A model generated the notes under the pieces. It had not been told where the DNA came from, searched no databases, and saw only the letters and a list, made by a program, of their open reading frames with translations. A stretch of DNA of 64,000 nt from a virus. Positions 18,479 through 27,770 of this stretch are shown here, piece by piece; the stretch's first letter is position 1, and the number at the start of each line of letters is the position of its first letter. The position numbers and the translations under genes were made by a program. Where the stretch lies: the IMG/VR virus record IMGVR_UViG_3300031552_000001, positions 96,001 through 160,000 of that record. The stretch is one strand, 5' to 3'.

Positions 18479-19819
18479 ATGGTAGGCCAGTGTCGTCAGT
18501 GCAAACATTTGTTGGGGTGCCCTCTTTTACTCGGAAGTAATAAGGTATTTGACGAAACCCTACTTCTCAATGAAGAGGACCCGCCGTGTAGTAGCTTTGA
18601 GGAGGTAGTAGGGGCTCGAGAAAAAAACGTTAGGGAGTGGTGCTACGCTTCTTTTGGCTTGGGCTACCTCAGAGCATTACACGGTCTTCCAGAACTAATG
18701 ATGGAGGGTTTAAGACAAGGAGAAAAGGACGAACAGATGTATGAGAACATACCCGATTTTTCAGACCCCATTCTACTTAGAGAAGGGATGACTGCTGTAG
18801 ATAGAGAGGAAGTTCTTAGGTACCAAACAGATGAAAACGGGCAAGTCATAATAGAAAAAGACTCCGAAGGAGTAGAGCATAAGCTAGCTAGGCCTGAATA
18901 CCACATAAAGGCCTACGCCTGCGACCCTGATAGACCCATAGGATTGGAAAAAGAAGTTGCTTGGGCGTGGAATATCAATCAAATAATTGACCACATCCTA
19001 AAGCGTGAGGCAGAACTAGGCCTCGTAGTTAAAGTGAGAAAGTCGGCTAAGAAGCCGGCAAATCAACCACAAGAAAGTGAGAAAAGCATGGCCGGAAGAG
19101 AAGTACGTACAACCATTCGAAGGGGGCCTCCAAGCTCAACGCCTCAAGCTCCTGCTCCTTCCACGCAAGCCCCGGTACAGCAAGCTCCGGCATCGGTACA
19201 GGCTCCTGCCCCTAGAGCCAATCCTCGCCCTCCTGCCGCTTCGGCTCAAGGTCCTAGGCCGATGCCTAGACCCGCCCCAGCTGCTTCAGGGGGTAGAGTG
19301 GCCAATCCTCCTACAAGAAGGTCTCCTACACCTTCGGCGGGTCCTGCTAGAGCTCCGGCTCCTTCAGCCCCTCCGTCGGGAGGATCTGTAGCTACCCAAG
19401 GCCCCGGCATATCAGAAGAGTCGCTGGTTGCTTTGGTGGAGCAGTGTGTTGCTAAAACTCTAGACATTAGAGTCAAGGATATTCTAGAAAAGGCCCAAAA
19501 GAACTACGACCTTACGGCATCCTGCTGCGAAAAAATCCTGGACGCCATTACCATCGTCCATGATATCGCAGGACAAACAGGCGGTACGTTCCAAATTAAA
19601 AGGGTAGACGCGGAAAACAACTACCTCGTGAAGCCTGACGGAACTTTTGAGATGGAAGCTCCTCAACTGTTTCCTCATCCTTCAAAAGTGTTCGCCTACG
19701 TTGAGGGGTCTGCTTACGACCCCGAAAACATGCAAGCGGTAGACGCTGACCTGCCCCAAGAGTATTACGACGACACAGCCGCCCCAGGAGGTGAATACGC
19801 CCAAGAGGGGGAAGCTTAG
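18479..19819 (+). CDS. hypothetical protein with Pro/Ala-rich linker
   Basis: AGGAG SD; 446 aa; long low-complexity P/A/S region between two globular-looking parts. Confidence 0.7.
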   Translation: MVGQCRQCKHLLGCPLLLGSNKVFDETLLLNEEDPPCSSFEEVVGAREKNVREWCYASFGLGYLRALHGLPELMMEGLRQGEKDEQMYENIPDFSDPILLREGMTAVDREEVLRYQTDENGQVIIEKDSEGVEHKLARPEYHIKAYACDPDRPIGLEKEVAWAWNINQIIDHILKREAELGLVVKVRKSAKKPANQPQESEKSMAGREVRTTIRRGPPSSTPQAPAPSTQAPVQQAPASVQAPAPRANPRPPAASAQGPRPMPRPAPAASGGRVANPPTRRSPTPSAGPARAPAPSAPPSGGSVATQGPGISEESLVALVEQCVAKTLDIRVKDILEKAQKNYDLTASCCEKILDAITIVHDIAGQTGGTFQIKRVDAENNYLVKPDGTFEMEAPQLFPHPSKVFAYVEGSAYDPENMQAVDADLPQEYYDDTAAPGGEYAQEGEA

Positions 19820-19839
19820 AGGCAACGGCCTATGCGTCG

Positions 19840-19998
19840 TTGCCTTCAGTAACTATTTCTACTGACTCCCTAGCGAGTATGTCGTTAGAAGAGCTTCAGA
19901 ATTTTGCGTCTAAGGTAGGAGTTGGATACTTCGATCTCGGACAAGAGGCTCTCCTCGAAAAGATAATACTGTCGGGAGAGCCAGTCTTACCCTATTAA
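19840..19998 (+). CDS. small protein (52 aa from TTG, or from ATG 19879), Rho-N/HeH-like helix pattern
   Basis: Manual translation LPSVTISTDSLASMSLEELQNFASKVGVGYFDLGQEALLEKIILSGEPVLPY; fills the gap before the terminator. Confidence 0.45.
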   Translation: MPSVTISTDSLASMSLEELQNFASKVGVGYFDLGQEALLEKIILSGEPVLPY

Positions 19999-20000
19999 CA

Positions 20001-20032
20001 GAAGCCCGCATAAAGCGGGCTTCTTTTTAGCT
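20001..20032 (+). terminator. intrinsic terminator at convergent junction
   Basis: GAAGCCCGC-ATAAA-GCGGGCTTC followed by TTTTTAGCT. Confidence 0.85.
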
Positions 20033-20034
20033 AT

Positions 20035-20475
20035 TTACTTTTTTGATAGAGAGACAAAGTACAAAGCCGTCCCCGCTATCCCCACTACTACTCCACCGCC
20101 AGCTACGAAATAGGGCCAAGTAGGACCACCGGCGCCGTCTATCGCCCTCTTTTCTGCTTCGTGCCAGTTCTTCTCTGTCCTTTTAAGCCTAGCATTCACT
20201 GTTGCATTATCATTCTTCAGTGCAGTGATTACTAAGTCTAACTGAGTTACTTGCTTCGCGCAGCTTTCCTCTAGCTTTTTGAAGTCCTCTACTTGCTGCG
20301 TCAACGCCCACAACTCGTCATCCATACGCAATAGTTTTTTGTACTCTTCAAACGTGTAGTATCTGACTTCTTCCTTATTAGGTAGCTTTAGAGAAGTGCC
20401 CGGAGGCATATAGTGGAGCTCCACCGTAAGTGGATCTGCCAATAGACTCATAGATAGTAATACCGCAGTTAACAT
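20035..20475 (-). CDS. signal peptide + coiled coil + C-terminal TM protein (spanin-like candidate)
   Basis: MLTAVLLSMSLLA, central heptads, WPYFVAGGGVVVGIAGTALYFV. Confidence 0.5.
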   Translation of the reverse strand: MLTAVLLSMSLLADPLTVELHYMPPGTSLKLPNKEEVRYYTFEEYKKLLRMDDELWALTQQVEDFKKLEESCAKQVTQLDLVITALKNDNATVNARLKRTEKNWHEAEKRAIDGAGGPTWPYFVAGGGVVVGIAGTALYFVSLSKK

Positions 20476-20919
20476 TTAGCCCCTCCTTCCGTTCACCACT
20501 GTAAGCTCTTTCCAGCCCGCCACTTTGGCTAAGAGGCGAGCTCTCTCCTTCATTTCAGCCTCATTAGCTGCCAGCCTGTCTTTTATGTTTGCAATGTCAA
20601 CGGACAAACTACTGACAGCTTTCATTGCGGACTCTCTATCTACCTTATTTTTTGCAAGCTCCGCGTCTTCTGCTAGTCGAGCTTTCTCCTCCTCTTGAAC
20701 CCTAAGCTCGTATTCTAACTGAGCAGACTTCCGTTTTGCCATTACGGCTCTCCAGCCCAATAGAGCGAAGCCGATAGAAATAACCGCAGTGATGACTATG
20801 TAAACGACAAAGGAAGACCCCTTCGAGCCCTCCTCCGCCGTCTTCTTTGCTGCCTTATCAGCTAAGCTCAGCAATACCTTTTCGAGCCCTCCTGGCTCGT
20901 TGGATTTTTCTTCAGCCAC
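20476..20919 (-). CDS. TM + coiled-coil protein (i-spanin/Rz-like candidate)
   Basis: Single TM FVVYIVITAVISIGFALLGW then coiled coil; GTG 20919 preferred over TTG 20943. Confidence 0.5.
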   Translation of the reverse strand: MAEEKSNEPGGLEKVLLSLADKAAKKTAEEGSKGSSFVVYIVITAVISIGFALLGWRAVMAKRKSAQLEYELRVQEEEKARLAEDAELAKNKVDRESAMKAVSSLSVDIANIKDRLAANEAEMKERARLLAKVAGWKELTVVNGRRG

Positions 20920-21418
20920 GTGCTTCTTCCGTTTTGTCGACAACCTTAGAGTCGGAAGTATATTCGTGGATTGCTACAGATAGCGGGCCAGATAGGAGGA
21001 TAGTAAGGGCATCTACCCAACTCAGTCCAAACGCCAGATTAGATACAAGAGCCGCGGCAGAGCCTAAGCCTATCGTGCTGTACTTAAGGATTCGCTTGCC
21101 GTCCTGAGATTTGAACCAAGACAAGTTCTTAGCCAGCACTTTAAGTAAGCTAAGCAGCAGCTTAAATACCGCCGCAAGAAGCAACGCCACTAGTAGGCTA
21201 GTCGGTCGATCGTCGTTCTCTCGGTTTGCAATATCTTTGGCCGCGGAAACCACAGACGCCCCATCTTTCACAACGTCAGTGGGGGTAGCGTCGGCTTCCA
21301 CTACAGCGGTAGTTTCCGCAGCGTCTACCTTACCGTCCTGATTCGTATCCAAAGACTCTTGAGAAAAAGCCGCAGTAGGTGCAAGAACCAAACAAAACGT
21401 CAATAATAGGTGTTTCAT
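20912..21418 (-). CDS. multi-TM membrane protein (holin-like candidate)
   Basis: AAAGGAG SD; signal-like N-terminus plus 2-3 hydrophobic helices. Confidence 0.5.
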   Translation of the reverse strand: MKHLLLTFCLVLAPTAAFSQESLDTNQDGKVDAAETTAVVEADATPTDVVKDGASVVSAAKDIANRENDDRPTSLLVALLLAAVFKLLLSLLKVLAKNLSWFKSQDGKRILKYSTIGLGSAAALVSNLAFGLSWVDALTILLSGPLSVAIHEYTSDSKVVDKTEEARG

Positions 21419-21486
21419 AACCACTCCTTTTGAGAAACAGTACCCCTATTTAGTACACCCCCTGATGTCCGGTCTCAAGTGCTATA

Positions 21487-21522
21487 AACCTGCAATTTTG
21501 GCATACTTCATGGGATAAGAAA
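21487..21522 (+). promoter_or_regulatory. putative phage promoter, copy B (AACCT-N23-ATAAGAAA)
   Basis: Matches 60817-60852 at 24/36 positions without gaps. Confidence 0.5.
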
Positions 21523-21566
21523 AATGGAGAACAAGACGATGTTCTTCGTTTCCTGGAGGAACCCAC

Positions 21567-22448
21567 ATGAAGCGTATAACTCTTATTCTTGCAGCAGTTT
21601 TGGCTAGTTGCGGCACAGCCAATGTTCGCAGTTTTCCATGTTCGATCGAAGACAACGAAGATGGAAGCTACACCCTTTCCTGCTCTAACGGCACAAGCGT
21701 CACCGTCTCCAATGGCAAAGACGGTAAAGACGGAGAGTCTTGCTCAGTGTCCGAGCCCGAAGCTGGTACGAAGCTCATCTCGTGTACAGACGGGACGTCC
21801 GTTTCAGTGCATGACGGCGAGCAGGGTCAGACAGGCTACTCGTGCTCAGTGGTGGACAATGGCAACGGCACATCCACTGTTGGGTGCGAAGATGGTACCA
21901 GCGCTACCGTAAAAGACGGTGAGCTGTGTGAAGTGACACCGAACGGCGATGGCACAAATGTTATTGTCAGTTGCCCAAATGATTACATCGTAGAGGGGTC
22001 TGCTATAATAGAAGGCGACGTAGACATACGAGACTCGGTAACATTGGCCCTTATCAAAAACTACAGCCGCATTACGGGCGACCTATACATAGCTAACATC
22101 ACAAATATCTCACTTCCAAATTTGGTCGAGGTTGGAGGCGCCCTGTCAATCAGCTATAGCGAAATCGTTGAAACCATAGATCTACCGGCCCTAGTTTCCG
22201 TAGCAAAAGACCCAAACGGCTCTGGAGTCACTGGTTTGAGAATAGGGGGCAATACCAAATTACGATCCGTCAACCTAAACTCCCTAGAAGAAGTGGGAGG
22301 GGCGGACTTGCCCACAATGCCACTGGAAGTCAGAATACAAGACAATCCTCAATTGCCGTCATGTTGGGCTGACGCCCTCTTGGCGCAAATAACAACCGTC
22401 GGGGACGTTTATCAATCAGGTAACGACGATACAGCAACCTGCGACTAG
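21567..22448 (+). CDS. lipoprotein with Cys-paired GxDG repeats and receptor-L-domain-like solenoid
   Basis: GGAGG SD; lipobox LASC; about 4 repeats C-S-[IV]-x-x-N-x-D-G...C-x-[DN]-G-T; LPNLVEVGG / LNSLEEVGG repeats. Confidence 0.8.
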   Translation: MKRITLILAAVLASCGTANVRSFPCSIEDNEDGSYTLSCSNGTSVTVSNGKDGKDGESCSVSEPEAGTKLISCTDGTSVSVHDGEQGQTGYSCSVVDNGNGTSTVGCEDGTSATVKDGELCEVTPNGDGTNVIVSCPNDYIVEGSAIIEGDVDIRDSVTLALIKNYSRITGDLYIANITNISLPNLVEVGGALSISYSEIVETIDLPALVSVAKDPNGSGVTGLRIGGNTKLRSVNLNSLEEVGGADLPTMPLEVRIQDNPQLPSCWADALLAQITTVGDVYQSGNDDTATCD

Positions 22449-22455
22449 AATATCT

Positions 22456-22482
22456 GGAGCCCTAATTGGGCTCCTTTTAGCT
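22456..22482 (+). terminator. intrinsic terminator at convergent junction
   Basis: GGAGCCC-TAATT-GGGCTCC followed by TTTTAGCT. Confidence 0.8.
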
Positions 22483-22749
22483 CTAAATAGCGTAATTCAA
22501 CTCAATTTCTAAATCTACCCCTCCAGTATGCCACTCTAGCTGAAGTCCTCCTTTTACTGTAGGTACGATAGTAGGCTCCGGAACTCCTGTATCAAGTAGT
22601 GCAGATATAAGAAATACGGCTTGCTCCGCTACAATAGGGTTGACTCGGGCCGCTCCGTACGAGTCCCAATTGCTATCCAACTCAAGAAGCTCGTTTATTC
22701 GGCGAGTTACAGCATCTAAACGCCCGCTCTGCTTTGAAGGCGGCTCCAT
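22483..22749 (-). CDS. small hypothetical protein
   Basis: LLELDSNWDSYGA...PTIVPTVKGGLQLEWH, a recurring hypothetical-protein pattern. Confidence 0.65.
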   Translation of the reverse strand: MEPPSKQSGRLDAVTRRINELLELDSNWDSYGAARVNPIVAEQAVFLISALLDTGVPEPTIVPTVKGGLQLEWHTGGVDLEIELNYAI

Positions 22750-22768
22750 TGCTTCAAGAACGCCTATC

Positions 22769-23098
22769 CTAAAATTCAGCTAGAGCTTCCTTATTTGATA
22801 GAGACTCATCTTCAAATTTTAAAGACAGCAACTCATCTGCGTAAGCATTGGCCGCGCCTTGATGATTCTCTATCTGTAGCTGTAGAGACCTAAGGCGCGC
22901 TTCTGCTTGAGTTATCTGATTTCTCAAAGCCTGAACGTCTTTAATAGACTGTTGGGCTGCATCAGACTCTTTTTTTAGCTTCCCCAACAACCTCCGTTCG
23001 TTCTTCTCCAATGAATCGGGGTCTTCAGTTAGCTTTTTTATGCTATCGCTGAGGTAGGCTTGAAATTTTTCCGGGTTAGGTCTTTTCTGGTCTGACAT
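22769..23098 (-). CDS. coiled-coil protein downstream of tail fibre (possible assembly chaperone)
   Basis: GGAG SD; long heptad pattern; position. Confidence 0.55.
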   Translation of the reverse strand: MSDQKRPNPEKFQAYLSDSIKKLTEDPDSLEKNERRLLGKLKKESDAAQQSIKDVQALRNQITQAEARLRSLQLQIENHQGAANAYADELLSLKFEDESLSNKEALAEF

Positions 23099-23108
23099 GT
23101 AATCTCCG

Positions 23109-26100
23109 TCAATTAGTTTCTAGCAAGTCTAGCCGTTTTTTTAACTCTTGAATTTCTCGTTCTTTTTGAAACAGATGCAAGTACAAATCTTCTATTTTCT
23201 CGACTGCAAACAGCACCTGATCGAACAGGCCCATTGGTTTTTTTAAATGAGAGTTAGGTAAGCTCCATACCTTCTTTGCATAATCCTCTAGTTCTTCCAA
23301 GCTCATAAATTGGTATAGGGCCGCTTTGTCACTTTTATACTTTTCAACTTTACCTGTAAACGCCTTTTCAAAAACGTAGTCAGGCCAGATTTGAGATCCT
23401 CCATTTAGATAAATGTTCGTAGCCACATTTATAGTGCCGGAGCCCATATCCCCGCTTCCAGGGTTACCGACTACAATGCCGTCGGAAGACACTCTAACAG
23501 TTCCGCCATCTGTATAAACAGCATAGTTGGTAGTGGCTCCTGATGCCCCTACTCTTAGACCGTAAGCCGTAGTGGCTATCGTAGCGCCTAATCCGGCATC
23601 AACATTGCAAACTATTCCGTAAGCTGAAGATAGCGAACTAGAACTTCGACCAGTAACACCTAAAGATACAGACAGCCCGGTAAGTACAGACATACTTACA
23701 GCGGAAGTTCCAGCAGGGGTCCAATTATTGGTAAAATAAGCTCCGATTTGATCCCCTATACTACCCTCACCGCTAGTAGCATCATGGTTTGCGCGGAACC
23801 CGACTATACTGCTGGTTTCATTCGCCGGAACAGAAGTATCAACGGTAAAAAATCCAGTACTTCCAGTGTGCGCGTTGTCATTATAAGTATGGGAGAAACT
23901 CCAAGGATGCTCTGCCAACGTATCACTGCTGTCTGAGCTGAAAGAACATCCGTGCGCGTAAAACCTATCCCAAAGATAAGAAGAACTTCCAAGGTCTAAT
24001 ACGTCTGTTACTGCTGGGCTGAGTTCATCGGCAGTAAGCTTCAATTTGGCAACACTTCCTACATACCACTCCCATTGATTGCTCGCTGCAACGTAAGTTT
24101 CATAATCTCCCGTGTCCCACTGAATTAATGGATTAGTGGCGTCTCTTTTTATCTGAAATGCGATAGACGGCGTGCCACTTATAAGCATATTTAGGGCTAC
24201 GTCGCCTGAAGAAGTAAGAGGGGCGGAAAATCCCTCTACCCCAGTGACTAAATCGCCAAACCTGACATCTCCGTCATTCGTATAGATAGCGTAATCAGTC
24301 GTACCACCTGTAATGTTGTCTACATACAGACCTGCGTGGGTGCCGCTTTCGTTTGCAAATGTTCCGTCAGTAAGACGAAGAATGCTATGAAGGCCTGTAT
24401 TGTTAACAGCAGTAGATTTCTGAAAACGAAGCCACACAGCAGATGCGTTGAATGCGGCCGCCCCTGTATGAGCCATATCGTAATCAAGCGTCAAACCTGC
24501 TGAGCCCGTAGGAGTCGCGCCATTCTCAGAAAGAGTAAACGAGGCTCCTAGCCCTAACGTAGTGCTGTCTAGAGAGTCAGAAACTTCCGAAATGATTCTG
24601 TCGCCAAACCTCACCAAACCTGCATTGGTGTAGATGGCGTAATTGTTTCCACTTCCTGCAGGGTCTCCAGGTATTCCCGTACCTGCATAAAGGATGTCCT
24701 CTATGAGAATACCAATATGGTCCCCTATGATTCTTGTGGAGCTCGCCGTTTGATGGTTGACGTGCACGCCCGTAAGCGCAGTAATGTAGTCGTATCCAGC
24801 ATAGTCGGTGCCGTCTCCACTAAGGTCTCCAGAGAGCTCCAGAAACGTAATGCCCGAGCCCCAGAAGCCTTTTGATGCCGACGTAGCTGACCAATCGCAG
24901 TTTAGCTTCAGCAAAGTTACGCCGTCATAGCCATCGACTGCTGCGCCTGGGACGTTGTTGACAAACGAGAGCTCGTTCATCGCCATTCCTACGTTTCCAG
25001 GGTCCGTAGTAAAGTTGAACTCTAGCTTTTGACCAGTCCATACGCTCGAGTCAGAACTGCCCCACAACTTGTACCTATCTGTTGCGTCTACAAACAAATC
25101 GATGAGAGCGTGAGTAGAGTCGAAAGAATCGTGGTTGGTAATATGCCCAAGGGCGGTGACGGCTAATTTCTTGACGTCGTTAACATCCCTGACAGATATA
25201 AGTTCATGAGGGTCAGTTAGGGTGGCACTTGATGAATCTGCTGTGCTGCGCAGATACATTCTTGTTTCTGCTGTGGAGTAGCCCCACATGTTAATAGTAT
25301 CTGGACGGATGTCTTTATGCCTACCCCATGACCTGGTGTCGTCAGCAGAACTACCCGTCTTCTCGGCATCGTCATACGAGTAGTGCTCCTCATTCAATCT
25401 AGAATCAATGTGCTCTAGGTTAATACGATAATCGCCATAGAGCACATCATCTATTGAAGTGACAGAGGGGCCCCATATCCGTAAAACAGCTCTAGCAACC
25501 GTATCGTCGGCCTCTTGATTGAAACGAACGTCGCTCTGGAATATTGCGGGGTTATTATCCGTAGCTTCTCTAAAAGTAGTCCCTTTGAGATACACTACTT
25601 CAAAAACCTCTCCCACATCGGGGAGGGCGTCCGAGTCCGTACTAGGAAACCGGAGGAAGGGGTTCAATATGAAATCACCATCCGTTGATATTGTCAACGT
25701 GCCTATAGAGCCGCCCGTAGTGGCAGGATTTAGTATAGCCGAGCCCCAATCAGAGGCGATCACTTGAATGGTCTCAGGGTCTATAACCTTGTCTACTCGA
25801 TACGTGCCGTTATTGTTGAACGGTGAGTCGATAGTAGAACTAGCCCAAGTAACAAGGTCTCCTACCTGCAATGCGGGCGATGCAGTAAAGTCTTCTCCTG
25901 CGCATACAATACGATTGCCTAACTCTATTCTGGTAGGTACTATCGAAGAGCGCTTCGCTACAGGAGTATTCTCCAAACGAGGAGTACCCGCTGTAGCAGT
26001 CGTTACGTTCTCGAAAACACCGTCCACTACGACTTTGGTGGCAGTCCTTTCACATACCTCAAAGGCTATACCCGAATCGGTGATGGCTATCACGTCTCCT

Positions 26101-27134
26101 GTAGCAGGGTCGATATTCTCTATTGCCGCCTCGCTACTGGCCCCTAACCCTCCTCGAATCTCTACAATCTTGAGAGGCTTACCGTTAAGGACAGCCGCCC
26201 CTCCTGTAAAGGCACTACTGACAAGATAATAGGCTCCAGCTTCGTATGTAGCCTCAGAGAGGGCGTTAAACGCGGCAGAGGTACAGATCTGCTTGCCGGA
26301 CCCGTCTGTGGCTGTAGAGAACGTCCCTGTCACACCAGTCACGTCCGGAACATACAGGACCTTTGTGAGTTCCCTACCTTCGGAATCCAAAATAGAGAAG
26401 AACTTCTGGAGCTCCGCTACGCTAGGTGTTGAAGTCCTTCCAGCGTAGGCTAACAGATCGCCGCTAAGTTGTATGCCGTGTACGGCTCCCGGCACGGAGT
26501 AAGAGGCCACATCGAAGCTGTCTCTAGAGGCCACTCTCTTCTTACTTAGCTGACCCTCGTTCCTGTCATTGTTAATAGCTAACGAGGCAAGAGCTCTATT
26601 GAATACCCTAGCTTCGAAGCTCTCCCCCTCTGCCATCGCCATCTGGCCTGGAGTGGCCACTTGGCGATCAGGGTCCACGTGTTGAGCTTGAGTTAAGTCT
26701 CCGGCGTACGCTTCTGTTTCAGGAAACAGACCCAAGTTCAGCAAAACGTCGGTAGGGCTAGAAGAGGGGTCCGTCTCGATTTTTAGATAGCTAGTATCTC
26801 CGGCAGTGGGGCTCTGCAATTTCAGAAAACCGTTGTCATTATAAGCAACGGTTACCCCCGCGCCCGAGTTAATCTGACTGATTACCTCACTCAACGGGAG
26901 GGTGCTAGCGTAGCTAAAGCTAATCGTATGCGGCGTGCTGTCTACGTTCAACAAAAAAGAACGGCCGTCAAGATCGTATCCGGCAGCAGTTTCCCTCTGA
27001 ATTCCTAAGATCGTGGCGTTTTCTCTTATCGTTCTTGGCAAAAGAACCGGCTGCCCAGCCACTACGGAGGGAAGGATAGGCCATGACCCAATAAAAGAGC
27101 CTGCGTTAGCGTGTCGCCCTTGAAAAGACATCAC
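23109..27134 (-). CDS. tail fibre/spike with C-terminal intramolecular chaperone (S74-like)
   Basis: G/T/S-rich beta repeats; C-terminal WPDYVF...EKIEDLYLHLFQKEREIQELKKRL. Confidence 0.8.
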   Translation of the reverse strand: MMSFQGRHANAGSFIGSWPILPSVVAGQPVLLPRTIRENATILGIQRETAAGYDLDGRSFLLNVDSTPHTISFSYASTLPLSEVISQINSGAGVTVAYNDNGFLKLQSPTAGDTSYLKIETDPSSSPTDVLLNLGLFPETEAYAGDLTQAQHVDPDRQVATPGQMAMAEGESFEARVFNRALASLAINNDRNEGQLSKKRVASRDSFDVASYSVPGAVHGIQLSGDLLAYAGRTSTPSVAELQKFFSILDSEGRELTKVLYVPDVTGVTGTFSTATDGSGKQICTSAAFNALSEATYEAGAYYLVSSAFTGGAAVLNGKPLKIVEIRGGLGASSEAAIENIDPATGDVIAITDSGIAFEVCERTATKVVVDGVFENVTTATAGTPRLENTPVAKRSSIVPTRIELGNRIVCAGEDFTASPALQVGDLVTWASSTIDSPFNNNGTYRVDKVIDPETIQVIASDWGSAILNPATTGGSIGTLTISTDGDFILNPFLRFPSTDSDALPDVGEVFEVVYLKGTTFREATDNNPAIFQSDVRFNQEADDTVARAVLRIWGPSVTSIDDVLYGDYRINLEHIDSRLNEEHYSYDDAEKTGSSADDTRSWGRHKDIRPDTINMWGYSTAETRMYLRSTADSSSATLTDPHELISVRDVNDVKKLAVTALGHITNHDSFDSTHALIDLFVDATDRYKLWGSSDSSVWTGQKLEFNFTTDPGNVGMAMNELSFVNNVPGAAVDGYDGVTLLKLNCDWSATSASKGFWGSGITFLELSGDLSGDGTDYAGYDYITALTGVHVNHQTASSTRIIGDHIGILIEDILYAGTGIPGDPAGSGNNYAIYTNAGLVRFGDRIISEVSDSLDSTTLGLGASFTLSENGATPTGSAGLTLDYDMAHTGAAAFNASAVWLRFQKSTAVNNTGLHSILRLTDGTFANESGTHAGLYVDNITGGTTDYAIYTNDGDVRFGDLVTGVEGFSAPLTSSGDVALNMLISGTPSIAFQIKRDATNPLIQWDTGDYETYVAASNQWEWYVGSVAKLKLTADELSPAVTDVLDLGSSSYLWDRFYAHGCSFSSDSSDTLAEHPWSFSHTYNDNAHTGSTGFFTVDTSVPANETSSIVGFRANHDATSGEGSIGDQIGAYFTNNWTPAGTSAVSMSVLTGLSVSLGVTGRSSSSLSSAYGIVCNVDAGLGATIATTAYGLRVGASGATTNYAVYTDGGTVRVSSDGIVVGNPGSGDMGSGTINVATNIYLNGGSQIWPDYVFEKAFTGKVEKYKSDKAALYQFMSLEELEDYAKKVWSLPNSHLKKPMGLFDQVLFAVEKIEDLYLHLFQKEREIQELKKRLDLLETN

Positions 27135-27140
27135 AACCTC

Positions 27141-27770
27141 CTACTCAAAGCGTAAATCCCATCTCAGCTCGAGGGTAAAGTCCGACGTTTTTGTCATACC
27201 ACCAAAAGCCTTGTAAGCCACAGGGGCATTCGTAGCTATAGCTGGATTAAGAACTGTCTCCACCACCCCGGGAGTATACGCGTTGTCTTCATACCCATCA
27301 TTAGGGTTTCCTGGAGTGGCCGGATTCACATCAGCGAATAGACCGGCTTCTGATATGGTTACGGGAATTCCGGCTATCGTTATCTCTGACAAAGAAAACT
27401 CTTTTATAAAACGAACAGAGGAGGTAGTGGGAAACTCCACACTTTGAATTTCCGCAAGGTAGTAAGAGGAGGTAGCGAGAAGAGAAGAATTCAGGGAAGC
27501 TACTGTAGGAGCTTCTAACTGAGCTCCGCTACCTAAACCCACCCAGCGTATTCTTCGTTGCGTATATGGCACATCATTCGTGCCGAGCGTTTTCCATGTC
27601 ACCAGCTTACTTAACCAGTTACGGCCTGTGACAGTAAAGACGTTATGCCCTTCTCGTCTAGAGCCTGGGACTAGCTTTCCTCCACAGCGCAGCAGTGCGC
27701 TGAAATTTCCGATTACCTGTATGTTGGAGAACGTTCGCATGGCCACCTCAAAACACCAATTCCCACTCAA
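27141..27770 (-). CDS. tail/baseplate structural protein (paralogue of 27748-28281)
   Basis: GHNVFT..G, DVPYTQRR, VGLGSG, ISEAGLF, LELRWDL. Confidence 0.7.
   Translation of the reverse strand: MSGNWCFEVAMRTFSNIQVIGNFSALLRCGGKLVPGSRREGHNVFTVTGRNWLSKLVTWKTLGTNDVPYTQRRIRWVGLGSGAQLEAPTVASLNSSLLATSSYYLAEIQSVEFPTTSSVRFIKEFSLSEITIAGIPVTISEAGLFADVNPATPGNPNDGYEDNAYTPGVVETVLNPAIATNAPVAYKAFGGMTKTSDFTLELRWDLRFE

Noticed and set aside
21440-21460. T4-late-like TACTAAATA on the minus strand upstream of the lysis-like trio
   Set aside because: Single occurrence; not found upstream of other late units in this window.
23109-27134. Diversity-generating retroelement acting on the tail fibre
   Set aside because: No reverse transcriptase, and I saw no near-identical template/variable repeat pair.
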